Shown here: piece after piece, positions 9,706 to 18,969 of the stretch
Numbering within the stretch: the stretch's first letter is position 1
Layout: every line of letters starts with the position of its first letter
NCBI GenBank assembly: GCA_001769295.1
Contig: MEOR01000127.1
Location: forward strand, 31,694 to 95,693
DNA: 64,000 nucleotides
Direction: 5' to 3'
Source: Bacteroidetes bacterium GWF2_49_14
GTDB taxonomy: Bacteria; Bacteroidota; Bacteroidia; Bacteroidales; UBA12481
Made by a program: the position numbers and the translations under genes
The notes under the pieces: model-generated
Seen by the model: the letters and a program-made list of their open reading frames with translations, nothing else
The model's database searches: none
Told to the model about the DNA's origin: nothing

Positions 9706-9798
9706 ATGCCAAGCGGAAAAAAACGCAAAAGACATAAGATGGCTACGCACAAACGCAAAAAGCGCCTGCGTAAAAACCGTCATAAGAAAAAGAAATAG
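9706..9798 (+). CDS. 30-aa highly basic peptide, bS22/mS38 (AURKAIP1/COX24)-like small ribosomal protein candidate
   Basis: Hand translation ATG 9706 to TAG 9796-9798: MPSGKKRKRHKMATHKRKKRLRKNRHKKKK. It sits 28 nt after hup and is followed by a strong terminator. Below the ORF-track size cut-off. Confidence 0.6.
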   Translation: MPSGKKRKRHKMATHKRKKRLRKNRHKKKK

Positions 9799-9820
9799 CT
9801 TATCAATAATTGATGCTTTT

Positions 9821-9864
9821 GCATAAACCTAAAGAGCCTTCTCTTTAGGTTTATGCTGTTTATT
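9821..9864 (+). terminator. rho-independent terminator after hup / small basic ORF
   Basis: Perfect 16-bp stem GCATAAACCTAAAGAG (9821-9836) / CTCTTTAGGTTTATGC (9841-9856), 4-nt loop CCTT, then TGTTTATT. Confidence 0.75.
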
Positions 9865-9913
9865 GAGAATGCTTTATCTGTTTGTACTCTTTTCTCCAAA
9901 GACTAACTGAGTT

Positions 9914-11464
9914 GTGAGTAATGAACTGATTATTGATGCCGGACCTAATGAGATAGCGATAGCTTTACTCGAAGAGAAACGGCTGGTTGAGCTCAACAAG
10001 GAGAAATCCAATTTCCAGTTTTCGGTAGGTGACATCTACCTCGGTAAAATAAAAAAGATTATGCCGGGGCTGAATGCCGCCTTCGTGGATGTCGGATATG
10101 AGAAAGACGCTTTCCTCCATTATCTGGACCTTGGGCCGCAATTCCAATCACTCAACAAATACCTTAACCTGGCCTTAAACAAAAAGACCAAGGTTACTAC
10201 GCTTGATAAATTCAGGCCAGAACCGGATATTGACAAGCATGGTAAGATTAACAATCTGATGAAGAGTGGCCAGACTATTCTTGTACAGGTTGCTAAGGAA
10301 CCCATCGCTTCAAAAGGGCCGCGGCTGACCAGTGAGATTTCCCTTGCCGGTAGAAACCTGGTACTTCTGCCCTTCTCGGATAAAGTATCGGTGTCAACCA
10401 AAATTAAGTCCGATGAAGAGCGGGACCGCCTGAAGCGTCTGATTCTGTCAATCCGTCCGAAGAATTACGGCGTCATCGTAAGAACGGTTGCAAAAGAACG
10501 AAAGGTTGCCGTCCTCGATGCTGAACTTCGCGGATTGGTCGAAAAATGGGAATCAATCTTCAACGATATCAAATCGGTCGAACCTCCGTCACTCGTCCTG
10601 GGTGAATTAAACCGGACTTCAACCATTCTTCGGGATATACTCAATTCCAGCTTTAACAATATCGTTGTTAACGATCAGTCCCTTTATCGTGAAATCCGGG
10701 ATTATATTGTAACCATTGCCCCGGAAAAACAAAAAATCGTTAAACTGCATACAGGCAGGGTACCGGTATTTGAACACCTTGGGATTGATAAACAGATAAA
10801 GTCCTTATTCGGCAAAACGGTCTCTTTTAAAAGTGGTGCTTATCTGATTATTGAACATACTGAAGCACTGCATGTTATTGACGTAAATAGTGGAAACAGG
10901 GCTCAATCAGCTGCAGACCAGGAAACAAATGCAATGGAGGTAAATATTGCAGCCGCTGACGAAATTGCCCGGCAGCTCAGGCTCCGCGATATGGGCGGTA
11001 TCATTGTTGTTGACTTTATCGATATGGTTAGAGCCGATAACCGTCAAAAAGTTTTTGAGCGAATCAAGGAGAACATGAAATCCGATCGGGCAAAACACCA
11101 TATTTTACCTTTAAGCAAGTTTGGACTTCTCCAGATCACACGGCAACGCGTCAGACCCGAAATGGATGTGCAGATCATGGAAACCTGCCCCACCTGCAAC
11201 GGTTCCGGTGAGGTTACCCCAAGCATCCTTGCACAGGATCAGGTTCTGAATCATTATCTTTTTATCCTCGATAAATATCCGAATTCCAAACTGACCCTGA
11301 GGGCTCACCCCTACCTGGCAGCCTTTCTGCAACAAGGATTGCCTTCGATCCGGATGAAATGGTACTTTAAATATAAAAACTGGCTTAAGGTCGTCCCGGA
11401 TGCTAATCTGGGTATCGTCAATTACGAATTCTTCGACCAGAACGGAGAAAAAATCATTCTTTAA
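9914..11464 (+). CDS. rng: ribonuclease G/E family endoribonuclease
   Basis: 516 aa. S1 domain GDIYLGKIKKIMPGLNAAFVDVGYEKDAFLH, catalytic core ALHVIDVNSG, Zn-link-like CPTCNGSG. GTG start. Confidence 0.9.
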   Translation: MSNELIIDAGPNEIAIALLEEKRLVELNKEKSNFQFSVGDIYLGKIKKIMPGLNAAFVDVGYEKDAFLHYLDLGPQFQSLNKYLNLALNKKTKVTTLDKFRPEPDIDKHGKINNLMKSGQTILVQVAKEPIASKGPRLTSEISLAGRNLVLLPFSDKVSVSTKIKSDEERDRLKRLILSIRPKNYGVIVRTVAKERKVAVLDAELRGLVEKWESIFNDIKSVEPPSLVLGELNRTSTILRDILNSSFNNIVVNDQSLYREIRDYIVTIAPEKQKIVKLHTGRVPVFEHLGIDKQIKSLFGKTVSFKSGAYLIIEHTEALHVIDVNSGNRAQSAADQETNAMEVNIAAADEIARQLRLRDMGGIIVVDFIDMVRADNRQKVFERIKENMKSDRAKHHILPLSKFGLLQITRQRVRPEMDVQIMETCPTCNGSGEVTPSILAQDQVLNHYLFILDKYPNSKLTLRAHPYLAAFLQQGLPSIRMKWYFKYKNWLKVVPDANLGIVNYEFFDQNGEKIIL

Positions 11465-11484
11465 TCGTTAAAGCACTTTCCTTT

Positions 11485-13503
11485 ATGAATTCCATCAAAC
11501 TGTCTGTATTCCTGTCAGCCATCCTGTTTTCATTTTCATTAACCAATACCCCTGCACGGGCACAAATGGTGGATCCCGTGTCATGGAAATATTCTGTAGC
11601 AAAGGTTACTGACAGTATCTATGTGTTGCAATTTACCGCTTCAATTGAACCGACCTGGCACATGTACAGCCAGTTTCTCCCTAAAGATTGTCCAGCTGTA
11701 CCGCTTTCCTTTACATTCACTCAATCCCCCTCTTTTCAACGTATCGACAGCGTAAAAGAGATTACGGTTCCTCATGAGGAAATGGATGAAATGTTTGGAA
11801 TGAAAATCAAGTATTTCGCCAATGAAGCGGTCTTTGCCCAACGTATCAAGGTCCTGTCGAAAACAGCAATTACAATCACAGGTGAGCTGAATTACCAGAC
11901 CTGCGACGATAAATCCTGTTCCCTGGGTGGAGGTGACTTCTCATTTACGGTTGATCCCGGTAAAACTACTGCAGCACAGACAGATGCGGTAAAAAAAAAC
12001 TCAAGTGAGGTAGAAGGTCCATCCGATGGATCCAAAAAGAGCCTCTGGGCCCTCTTTTGGATCGCTTTCGGCGGCGGTCTGATCGCTCTTCTGACTCCAT
12101 GTGTGTTCCCAATGATTCCAATGACGGTCTCTTTCTTCATGCATGAAAAGGACTCAAAAAGGAAATCCATATTCAAAGCCTTTTTTTTTGGCGCTTCCAT
12201 CGTTGGAATCTTTACTGTAATCGGAACAATAGTTGCCCTGATTTTTGGTCCGGGTATCGCAAACTTCCTTAGCACCCATTGGATTCCCAATGTGCTTTTC
12301 TTCCTGATATTCATCTTCTTCGCAGCCTGGTTCTTTGGAATGTTCGAGCTTACCCTGCCAAACTGGATGATCAGCAGATCTGACCAACAGGTTGATAAAG
12401 GTGGATGGGGTGGACCTTTCTTTATGGCATTTACCACCGTTCTCGTATCATTTTCCTGCACCGGACCAATTGTAGGAACAGTTCTGGTTCAGTCGGCCGG
12501 AGGAGAAATTCTACAGCCAATCATAAGTATGCTTGGGTTCGGCCTGGCTTTTGCCCTGCCTTTTACCCTCTTTGCAATATTCCCGAGCTGGCTGCAATCC
12601 ATGCCAAAATCCGGTGGATGGCTCAACTCCGTTAAAGTAGTATTGGGTTTTGTTGAACTGGCCCTGGGACTGAAATTCCTGAGCATTGCGGATCAAACCT
12701 ACCATTGGGGAATCCTGGACCGTGAAGTATATCTCGCCTTCTGGATTGTTATTTTTACCCTGATGGGCTTCTACCTTTTAGGAAAAATTAAGTTCAAGCA
12801 TGACAGTGATGTGCCATATGTTGGGGTGCCGCGGCTTCTACTGGCCATCATCACCTTCTCCTTTGTTGTTTACCTGATACCGGGTATGATCGGCGCACCG
12901 CTCAAAGCGCTGGCAGGATACCTGCCTCCTGAAACTACACACGATTTCGACTTGCGTAAAGTAATCCGGGAAAATGCAGCTGTTTATTCAACACAACCGC
13001 AGTCACCGGTCAGCACCATTTGCGAAAAACCTAAATATGCGGATAAGCTTGAATTGCCGCATGGTATCCAGGGATACTTTGATCTTGATCAGGGATTATC
13101 TTGCGCAAAAGAGCGGAACAAGCCAGTGTTTGTTGATTTCACCGGACATGGTTGTGTCAACTGCCGGGAAATGGAAGCAAGGGTTTGGGAAGATGCCAGG
13201 GTGCTTAAGCGGCTCAAGGAAGACTATGTGGTTGTTGCTCTATACGTGGATGACAAAACCATCCAGCTACCTGAATCAGAATGGATAACCTCTACCTATG
13301 ACGGGAAAGTAAAGAAGACCCTTGGGAAAAAGAATCAGGATTTTCAAATCACGAGGTTCAAGCAAAATACCCAGCCGCAATATGCTCTGCTCAATACCAA
13401 TGGTGATCTGATGATCCCTACGCGCTCGTATGATCTGGACGTTGATGCATTCATTGACTTCCTCGACCGTGGGATCGCTGAATTTGCGAAACAGACGAAA
13501 TAA
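11485..13503 (+). CDS. dsbD: thiol:disulfide interchange protein DsbD family (N-terminal domain + CcdA-type membrane core + C-terminal thioredoxin)
   Basis: 672 aa. Signal peptide, membrane-core CVFPMIPM and SCTGPIVG motifs, C-terminal thioredoxin FTGHGCVNCREME. Confidence 0.85.
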   Translation: MNSIKLSVFLSAILFSFSLTNTPARAQMVDPVSWKYSVAKVTDSIYVLQFTASIEPTWHMYSQFLPKDCPAVPLSFTFTQSPSFQRIDSVKEITVPHEEMDEMFGMKIKYFANEAVFAQRIKVLSKTAITITGELNYQTCDDKSCSLGGGDFSFTVDPGKTTAAQTDAVKKNSSEVEGPSDGSKKSLWALFWIAFGGGLIALLTPCVFPMIPMTVSFFMHEKDSKRKSIFKAFFFGASIVGIFTVIGTIVALIFGPGIANFLSTHWIPNVLFFLIFIFFAAWFFGMFELTLPNWMISRSDQQVDKGGWGGPFFMAFTTVLVSFSCTGPIVGTVLVQSAGGEILQPIISMLGFGLAFALPFTLFAIFPSWLQSMPKSGGWLNSVKVVLGFVELALGLKFLSIADQTYHWGILDREVYLAFWIVIFTLMGFYLLGKIKFKHDSDVPYVGVPRLLLAIITFSFVVYLIPGMIGAPLKALAGYLPPETTHDFDLRKVIRENAAVYSTQPQSPVSTICEKPKYADKLELPHGIQGYFDLDQGLSCAKERNKPVFVDFTGHGCVNCREMEARVWEDARVLKRLKEDYVVVALYVDDKTIQLPESEWITSTYDGKVKKTLGKKNQDFQITRFKQNTQPQYALLNTNGDLMIPTRSYDLDVDAFIDFLDRGIAEFAKQTK

Positions 13504-13551
13504 GAATACCGTTCCTGCCCTGCCTCTATCCTTCTTCTTTCGCCTTTCGCC

Positions 13552-15441
13552 TTACTTAATCCTCGCCTCTCCAGATCTGGTCAGTTTTGAATATTTTATT
13601 GAGGGGGATTCAATTATCGGTCCGAGACCGTAATTCTCCCATTTGGAATCAATCAATTGTATTGTTGTTTGGTCCATAACAACCGGATTGGGCCATGGCC
13701 TTGGAAAATTATCAATTGCATGTGTTTTAACTGTGGCATCGATGAAAAGCATTCCAAATTTCTGGTTTCGCGCGGCTGGGAAAAGGACCACGTCATTCAG
13801 GGCATCTACGTTGGCACCGGTCAGCCAGGTCAGATCCCATGCCGATGTTAAATCCACATAGTGATCAAAAAGAACCCAAAAACGAATTCCTGAAAATGCA
13901 TCGGTCAGGCGGATATCATCAATAATATCTCTGACAGCCCCTTTTGAACCTTTTTGTAGGGCAATGAGGACAATCGAAATGCCCTTTGAGAGCCATTGAA
14001 GGTTCAACCCCGTAATTTCAGGATGAATGGCTCTGAAAGCACCGACGGAGGAATCATCCGGGTGCCGCGAAAAGTCGTTGTTCTCTTCGAGGACGGATCC
14101 TGTTGCATCGATTCCGAGCTTCCCTCCAAAGGCAGCAACAGCAGATGAATGATCGAGAATGTCCAGCGGGCCTTGAGTCAACGCTATGTGCTTCGATGGG
14201 TCTACGCGGGCCGAGACATAGCGGGCAACTTCCAGGTAATCTGTCAGATCAACCTCATTGGCCGTTACAATTGCGAATTTCGTGAACATCATTTGTCCGG
14301 CTCCCCAGAGGGTATGCAGGACTTTCCTTCCCTGTCCCGGGTAAGAAGTCTGAATTTTTGCAAGGACAAGATTATGTGCAACTCCGGGTATCGGCATATG
14401 AAAACCAGAAAGTTCCGGAACAAGCGACAGCCTGATCAGCGGCTCAAACATCCGTTCGGTAGCCCATTCAAGCCAGGCATCTTCCTGAGGCGGCACTCCA
14501 ACAATCGTTGCGGGATAAATAGCAGAATCTCTTCGAGTAATTGCCGTAACATGGAAAACCGGATACTCATCTTCAAGGGAGTAAAACCCGGTGTGATCTC
14601 CAAATGGACCTTCCTGATGCTTGGGTTCCATCGGGTCAACGTACCCCTCAATGATGAAGTCGCAATCATCAGGAACCCACAAATCCTGGGTTATGCATTT
14701 CACCAAATGAACTGGCTTCTTACGAATAAAGCCGGCCAGAATGTATTCATCTATACCATCCGGTAAAGGCGCAGTAGCACAATACGTATACACAGGATCA
14801 CCGCCAAGCCCAACAGCAACAGGCATGCGTTGTCCGATTTTTTTATATTCGTTGTAATGTCTGGCTCCGGTTTTATGCATATGCCAGTGCATCCCTGTAC
14901 TTTTCTTATCAAAAACCTGCATTCTGTACATTCCCAGGTTGGGAATCAAAGTCATCGGATCTTTGGTATGCACCAGTGGAAGGGTAATAAAGGGGCCACC
15001 GTCATGCGGCCAGCATTTCAATACAGGGAGGACATCAAGATCAGGTTTCATATCGATAATTTCCTGGCACCTGCCCCTGTTCTTGCTTTTTTTCGGAAAC
15101 CACCTTGCAGCCCTGCCCAACAGAGGCAATTTCCTGAATTTTCCCATGAATCCAGTATCAGGACCGGTAAGGGAAGCTATGAGCTGGTGTATTTCAACAG
15201 CGAGTTCCCCGGGACTTTTCCCATGGAAAGCTAACCGGATCCTTTCTTCTGATCCCATTGAGTTAATCAGTACCGGGTAAGGTGTTCCTGTGTTTTCAAA
15301 GAGCAGGGCTTTCCCGCCGCCTTCCATTTTGGATATCCGGTCGGTGATTTCTGAAATTTCCAGATTTGGGCTAACCCTTTCAGTTATCCTGATCAATTCA
15401 CCAGCCTGATCCAATCGTTGAATGAAATTCCGCAAATCCAT
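13552..15441 (-). CDS. UbiD-family (prenyl-FMN dependent) decarboxylase, menaquinone/ubiquinone-biosynthesis type
   Basis: 629 aa. N-terminus MDLRNFIQRLDQAGELIRITERVSPNLEISEITDR...ALLFEN parallels E. coli UbiD. About 130 aa longer than E. coli UbiD. Confidence 0.85.
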   Translation of the reverse strand: MDLRNFIQRLDQAGELIRITERVSPNLEISEITDRISKMEGGGKALLFENTGTPYPVLINSMGSEERIRLAFHGKSPGELAVEIHQLIASLTGPDTGFMGKFRKLPLLGRAARWFPKKSKNRGRCQEIIDMKPDLDVLPVLKCWPHDGGPFITLPLVHTKDPMTLIPNLGMYRMQVFDKKSTGMHWHMHKTGARHYNEYKKIGQRMPVAVGLGGDPVYTYCATAPLPDGIDEYILAGFIRKKPVHLVKCITQDLWVPDDCDFIIEGYVDPMEPKHQEGPFGDHTGFYSLEDEYPVFHVTAITRRDSAIYPATIVGVPPQEDAWLEWATERMFEPLIRLSLVPELSGFHMPIPGVAHNLVLAKIQTSYPGQGRKVLHTLWGAGQMMFTKFAIVTANEVDLTDYLEVARYVSARVDPSKHIALTQGPLDILDHSSAVAAFGGKLGIDATGSVLEENNDFSRHPDDSSVGAFRAIHPEITGLNLQWLSKGISIVLIALQKGSKGAVRDIIDDIRLTDAFSGIRFWVLFDHYVDLTSAWDLTWLTGANVDALNDVVLFPAARNQKFGMLFIDATVKTHAIDNFPRPWPNPVVMDQTTIQLIDSKWENYGLGPIIESPSIKYSKLTRSGEARIK

Positions 15442-15464
15442 TTCTGTCTATTTGGCGAGAAGAT

Positions 15465-15492
15465 AACAAAAAACCCGGGCATTGCCCGGGTT
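15465..15492 (-). terminator. rho-independent terminator of the alpha operon (after rplQ)
   Basis: Plus strand AAAAAACCCGGGCATTGCCCGGGT. On the minus strand this is an 8-bp GC stem (ACCCGGGC/GCCCGGGT), 3-nt loop, then a T-run. Confidence 0.7.
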
Positions 15493-15517
15493 TATCCTAT
15501 CGTCTGTCAAGTTGAAC

Positions 15518-16132
15518 CTATTTGGTTTCCTCGGGAGTTTCCTCACTGGCAACCTCTTTGCTGCCTTCCACTTCCTCAGCTTCCTTAACTTCTTTAACTT
15601 CTGCAACCTCTTCAACTGAATCGGCCTTAGCAACTGGTTCTGCCTTTTTCTTTGCAGCTTTAACGGCGGGTTTCTTGGCTTCAGCAACTACCGCTTCTTC
15701 CCCGGTCTTTTTTGCCGGCCTGCGGGATCTGCGTGTTACTTTTGCTTTTTCGCTTTTCTCAGCAAGCATTGCCTCATTAAAGTCCACCAGTTCAATAATG
15801 CACATTTCTGCACTATCACCAAGTCTTGTACCGGTTTTCAGAATACGGGTATATCCACCCGGACGCTCGCCGATCTTTTGTGCCACTTCCCTGAAAAGTT
15901 CAGTAACAGCCTCTTTATCACTCAGATAACCGAAAACAACCCGACGGGAGTGGGTGGTATCGTCCTTTGCCTTGGTGATCAGGGGCTCAACATATTTGCG
16001 TAAAGCCTTTGCTTTAGCAACCGTTGTTGATATCCTTTTGTGCCTGATCAATGAACTGGCCATATTGGCGAGCATAGATTCCCTGTGAGCACTCTTCCTT
16101 CCTAAATTATTCTGTTTATCACCGTGTCTCAT
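15518..16132 (-). CDS. rplQ: 50S ribosomal protein L17 with long Lys/Glu/Ala-rich C-terminal tail
   Basis: 204 aa. L17 core [29 protein letters not shown]...[27 protein letters not shown] (aa 1-119), then an 85-aa low-complexity tail. Follows rpoA. Confidence 0.95.
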   Translation of the reverse strand: MRHGDKQNNLGRKSAHRESMLANMASSLIRHKRISTTVAKAKALRKYVEPLITKAKDDTTHSRRVVFGYLSDKEAVTELFREVAQKIGERPGGYTRILKTGTRLGDSAEMCIIELVDFNEAMLAEKSEKAKVTRRSRRPAKKTGEEAVVAEAKKPAVKAAKKKAEPVAKADSVEEVAEVKEVKEAEEVEGSKEVASEETPEETK

Positions 16133-16143
16133 TTCCTTATTCC

Positions 16144-17136
16144 TTATTCTTTATCTAACTTATATTTGGCAACATCCATTCCGAAGTTCAGATTCATGGC
16201 CTTAAGAAGGTCTTCCAGTTCGGTCAAGGATTTCTTGCCGAAATTCCTGAATTTCAAAAGATCATTCTTGTTGTAGGCAACCAGGTCACCAAGTGTTTCC
16301 ACGTCGGCAGCCTTAAGACAGTTCAATGCCCGCACTGAAAGATCCAGATCAGTCAATTTGGTTTTGAGGAGCTGCCTCATGTGTAGGACCTCTTCGTCGA
16401 ACTCTTCGCTGTCCATCTTTTCATCCGATTCGAGGGTGATTTTCTCATCGGAGAAAAGCATAAAATGGTGAATCAGAATTTTAGCGGACTCTTTTAACGC
16501 ATCTTTCGGATGAATCGAGCCATCGGTAGTGATCTCCAGGATGAGTTTCTCATAGTCGGTTTTTTGCTCCACCCTGAAATTCTCGATTGTATACCGTACA
16601 TTCTTGATTGGGGTAAACACTGAATCCAAGGCTATCAGTCCGATTTCAGCATCTTCCGGTTTATTCTCTTCTGATGGCACATAGCCTCTCCCCTTGTTGA
16701 TACTGAGGGTCATCTGCAACTTAACGCTAGGATCCATGGTGCAAATTACCAAATCAGGGTTCAGCACTTTAAAACCACTCAGGAAGTTACCGATATCGGA
16801 TGCCTTGAGGACTTCCTGACCAGTAATGGCAATGGTTACCCTCTCGTCTTCAACGCCTTCGATCTGTTGCTTAAACCGAACTTGCTTCAAGTTAAGAATG
16901 ACCTCGGTAACATCTTCCATAACTCCTTTTATTGTCGAAAACTCGTGATCGACACCTTCGATTTTCACGTTGGTTACGGCGAATCCTTCAAGGGAGCTAA
17001 GGAGGATACGGCGAAGGGCATTACCAATGGTAATACCGTAGCCCGGTTCAAGTGGCCGGAATTCGAACTTTCCGTATTGGGAGTCCGATTCGAGCAGGAT
17101 AACTTTATCAGGTTTCTGAAAAGATAGAATGGCCAT
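16144..17136 (-). CDS. rpoA: DNA-directed RNA polymerase subunit alpha
   Basis: 330 aa. [23 protein letters not shown] motif, [25 protein letters not shown]. Confidence 0.97.
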   Translation of the reverse strand: MAILSFQKPDKVILLESDSQYGKFEFRPLEPGYGITIGNALRRILLSSLEGFAVTNVKIEGVDHEFSTIKGVMEDVTEVILNLKQVRFKQQIEGVEDERVTIAITGQEVLKASDIGNFLSGFKVLNPDLVICTMDPSVKLQMTLSINKGRGYVPSEENKPEDAEIGLIALDSVFTPIKNVRYTIENFRVEQKTDYEKLILEITTDGSIHPKDALKESAKILIHHFMLFSDEKITLESDEKMDSEEFDEEVLHMRQLLKTKLTDLDLSVRALNCLKAADVETLGDLVAYNKNDLLKFRNFGKKSLTELEDLLKAMNLNFGMDVAKYKLDKE

Positions 17137-17154
17137 TGATCAGGATTTTTACGT

Positions 17155-17763
17155 TTACTTAGAATACAATTCAACGATAAGCTGTTCCTTAATGTTTTCC
17201 GGTATATCTGAACGTTCAGGAACGCTGATAAATTTACCGGTCATCTGGCTATTGTCCCACTCCAGCCAGGATATCCTGGATCTGGATGAAGCCGCTAGAG
17301 CGTTAAGAATAACTTCGAGAGATTTTGATTTCTCACGGACAGCGATAACATCACCCGGGCGAACTGAGTAAGATGCAATATTCAGGACCCGTCCGTTAAC
17401 AGTTATATGGCGATGGTTGACCAGCTGACGTGCAGCCGCTCGAGTATTGGCAATACCCAGGCGGTATACGACATTGTCGAGACGTGATTCCAGCAGCTGC
17501 AGGAGAACTTCACCCGTAATGCCTTTAGTACGCTGAGCTTTGTTGAACATATTGGCAAATTGTTTCTCCAGTACCCCGTAGGTGTATTTGGCCTTCTGCT
17601 TCTCTTTAAGCTGAATGCCGTATTCAGAGAGCTTTCTTCTCCTTCTTGACGGACCATGAAATCCCGGAGGGTAATTACGTTTGTCGAAATATTTATCCGA
17701 TCCGTAAATTGGCTCCCCAAATTTTCTGGCGATTCTTGTTTTTGGTCCAGTATACTTAGCCAT
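17155..17763 (-). CDS. rpsD: 30S ribosomal protein S4
   Basis: 202 aa. [21 protein letters not shown]..., S4 domain [10 protein letters not shown]. Confidence 0.97.
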   Translation of the reverse strand: MAKYTGPKTRIARKFGEPIYGSDKYFDKRNYPPGFHGPSRRRRKLSEYGIQLKEKQKAKYTYGVLEKQFANMFNKAQRTKGITGEVLLQLLESRLDNVVYRLGIANTRAAARQLVNHRHITVNGRVLNIASYSVRPGDVIAVREKSKSLEVILNALAASSRSRISWLEWDNSQMTGKFISVPERSDIPENIKEQLIVELYSK

Positions 17764-17798
17764 TTATTTCTTATTTATCGTTTTAAAATACGGTTTAA

Positions 17799-18191
17799 TT
17801 ATACTCTTCTACGCTTGGGCGGACGGCAGCCATTATGAGGAAGCGGCGTCACATCAACAATTTCCACAACCTCTATTCCACTGTTATGAATAGTTCTGAT
17901 TGCAGATTCCCGGCCGTTACCCGGGCCTTTAACGAATACTTTTACTTTCCTTAACCCAAGGTCATAGGCAACTTTTGAAGCATCCTGTGCTGCAATCTGG
18001 GCTGCATAGGGTGTATTCTTTTTCGATCCGCGAAAACCGTTTTTCCCGCTGGACGACCAGGAGATGACCTGACCTGCATTGTTGGTCAGGGAGATAATAA
18101 TGTTGTTAAAAGAAGAATGGATATGTGCCTGCCCGAGGGGTTCAACCTGGACAACCCGTTTCTTCGCTGCTTTAACTTTTTTCTTTGCCAT
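17799..18191 (-). CDS. rpsK: 30S ribosomal protein S11
   Basis: 130 aa. [18 protein letters not shown], ends [13 protein letters not shown]. Confidence 0.97.
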   Translation of the reverse strand: MAKKKVKAAKKRVVQVEPLGQAHIHSSFNNIIISLTNNAGQVISWSSSGKNGFRGSKKNTPYAAQIAAQDASKVAYDLGLRKVKVFVKGPGNGRESAIRTIHNSGIEVVEIVDVTPLPHNGCRPPKRRRV

Positions 18192-18201
18192 ACTCTACTG
18201 G

Positions 18202-18579
18202 TTATTTAGTCGCTTTCTTTTTGTTTGCTACGGTTTTCCGGCGTCCCTTACGGGTACGGGCATTGTTCTTGGTGCTCTGGCCACGCACGGGTAAACCCAG
18301 ACGATGGCGGATTCCGCGATAGCATCCAATATCCATGAGACGCTTGATATTCATTTGCGTTTCAGACCGGAGTTCTCCTTCGATCTTGAAGTTCTCATTG
18401 ATATAATTACGGATTGCAGCACTCTGGTCATCCGTCCATTCCTGTACTTTTTGGTCTTTATCAACTCCGGCTTCGGCCAGAATCTTACGGGCAGTGCTTC
18501 TGCCGATTCCATAAATGTACGTGAGGCCTATTTCACCCCTTTTGTTGTTTGGTATGTCAACACCAACGATACGTGCCAT
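18202..18579 (-). CDS. rpsM: 30S ribosomal protein S13
   Basis: 125 aa. [26 protein letters not shown]. Confidence 0.97.
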   Translation of the reverse strand: MARIVGVDIPNNKRGEIGLTYIYGIGRSTARKILAEAGVDKDQKVQEWTDDQSAAIRNYINENFKIEGELRSETQMNIKRLMDIGCYRGIRHRLGLPVRGQSTKNNARTRKGRRKTVANKKKATK

Positions 18580-18612
18580 ATAAGATATTCCTTATGAGTT
18601 TACTAATTCAGA

Positions 18613-18729
18613 CTATCCCTGACGTTGCTTGAACTTGGGATTCTTCTTGTTTATTACATATAACCGTCCTTTCCGACGTACAATTTTGCACTCGGGAGAA
18701 CGTTTTTTTACAGATGCTCGTACCTTCAT
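18613..18729 (-). CDS. rpmJ: 50S ribosomal protein L36 (single-Cys, zinc-less form)
   Basis: Hand translation of minus strand (CAT 18727-18729 to CTA 18613-18615): [38 protein letters not shown], 38 aa. Canonical position between infA and rpsM. Below the track cut-off. Confidence 0.9.
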   Translation of the reverse strand: MKVRASVKKRSPECKIVRRKGRLYVINKKNPKFKQRQG

Positions 18730-18744
18730 GATCGGTTAATATTT

Positions 18745-18966
18745 TCAGTTTTTGTATCGGTATGCAATTCTTCCTTTTGTCAGATCATAGGGAGACATTT
18801 CAACGCGAACTTTATCTCCCGGCAAAATCTTAATATAATGCATTCTCATCTTACCGGAAATGTGGGCGGTTATTACGTGCCCGTTTTCCAGTTCAACGCG
18901 GAACATGGCGTTTGAAAGCGCCTCGATAATGGTTCCATCCTGTTCAATAGAAGACTGCTTCGGCAT
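18745..18966 (-). CDS. infA: translation initiation factor IF-1
   Basis: 73 aa. [35 protein letters not shown]. Confidence 0.97.
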   Translation of the reverse strand: MPKQSSIEQDGTIIEALSNAMFRVELENGHVITAHISGKMRMHYIKILPGDKVRVEMSPYDLTKGRIAYRYKN

Positions 18967-18969
18967 ATA

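Noticed and set aside
14149-14766. 205-aa plus-strand ORF (and neighbours at 14830-15280)
   Set aside because: They are antisense to the well-supported UbiD-family gene and match no family.
15448-15929. Two overlapping ORFs (79 aa minus strand, 135 aa plus strand) over the rplQ 3' region
   Set aside because: They are artefacts of the low-complexity repetitive DNA encoding the L17 K/E/A tail. The L17 frame is continuous with the conserved core.
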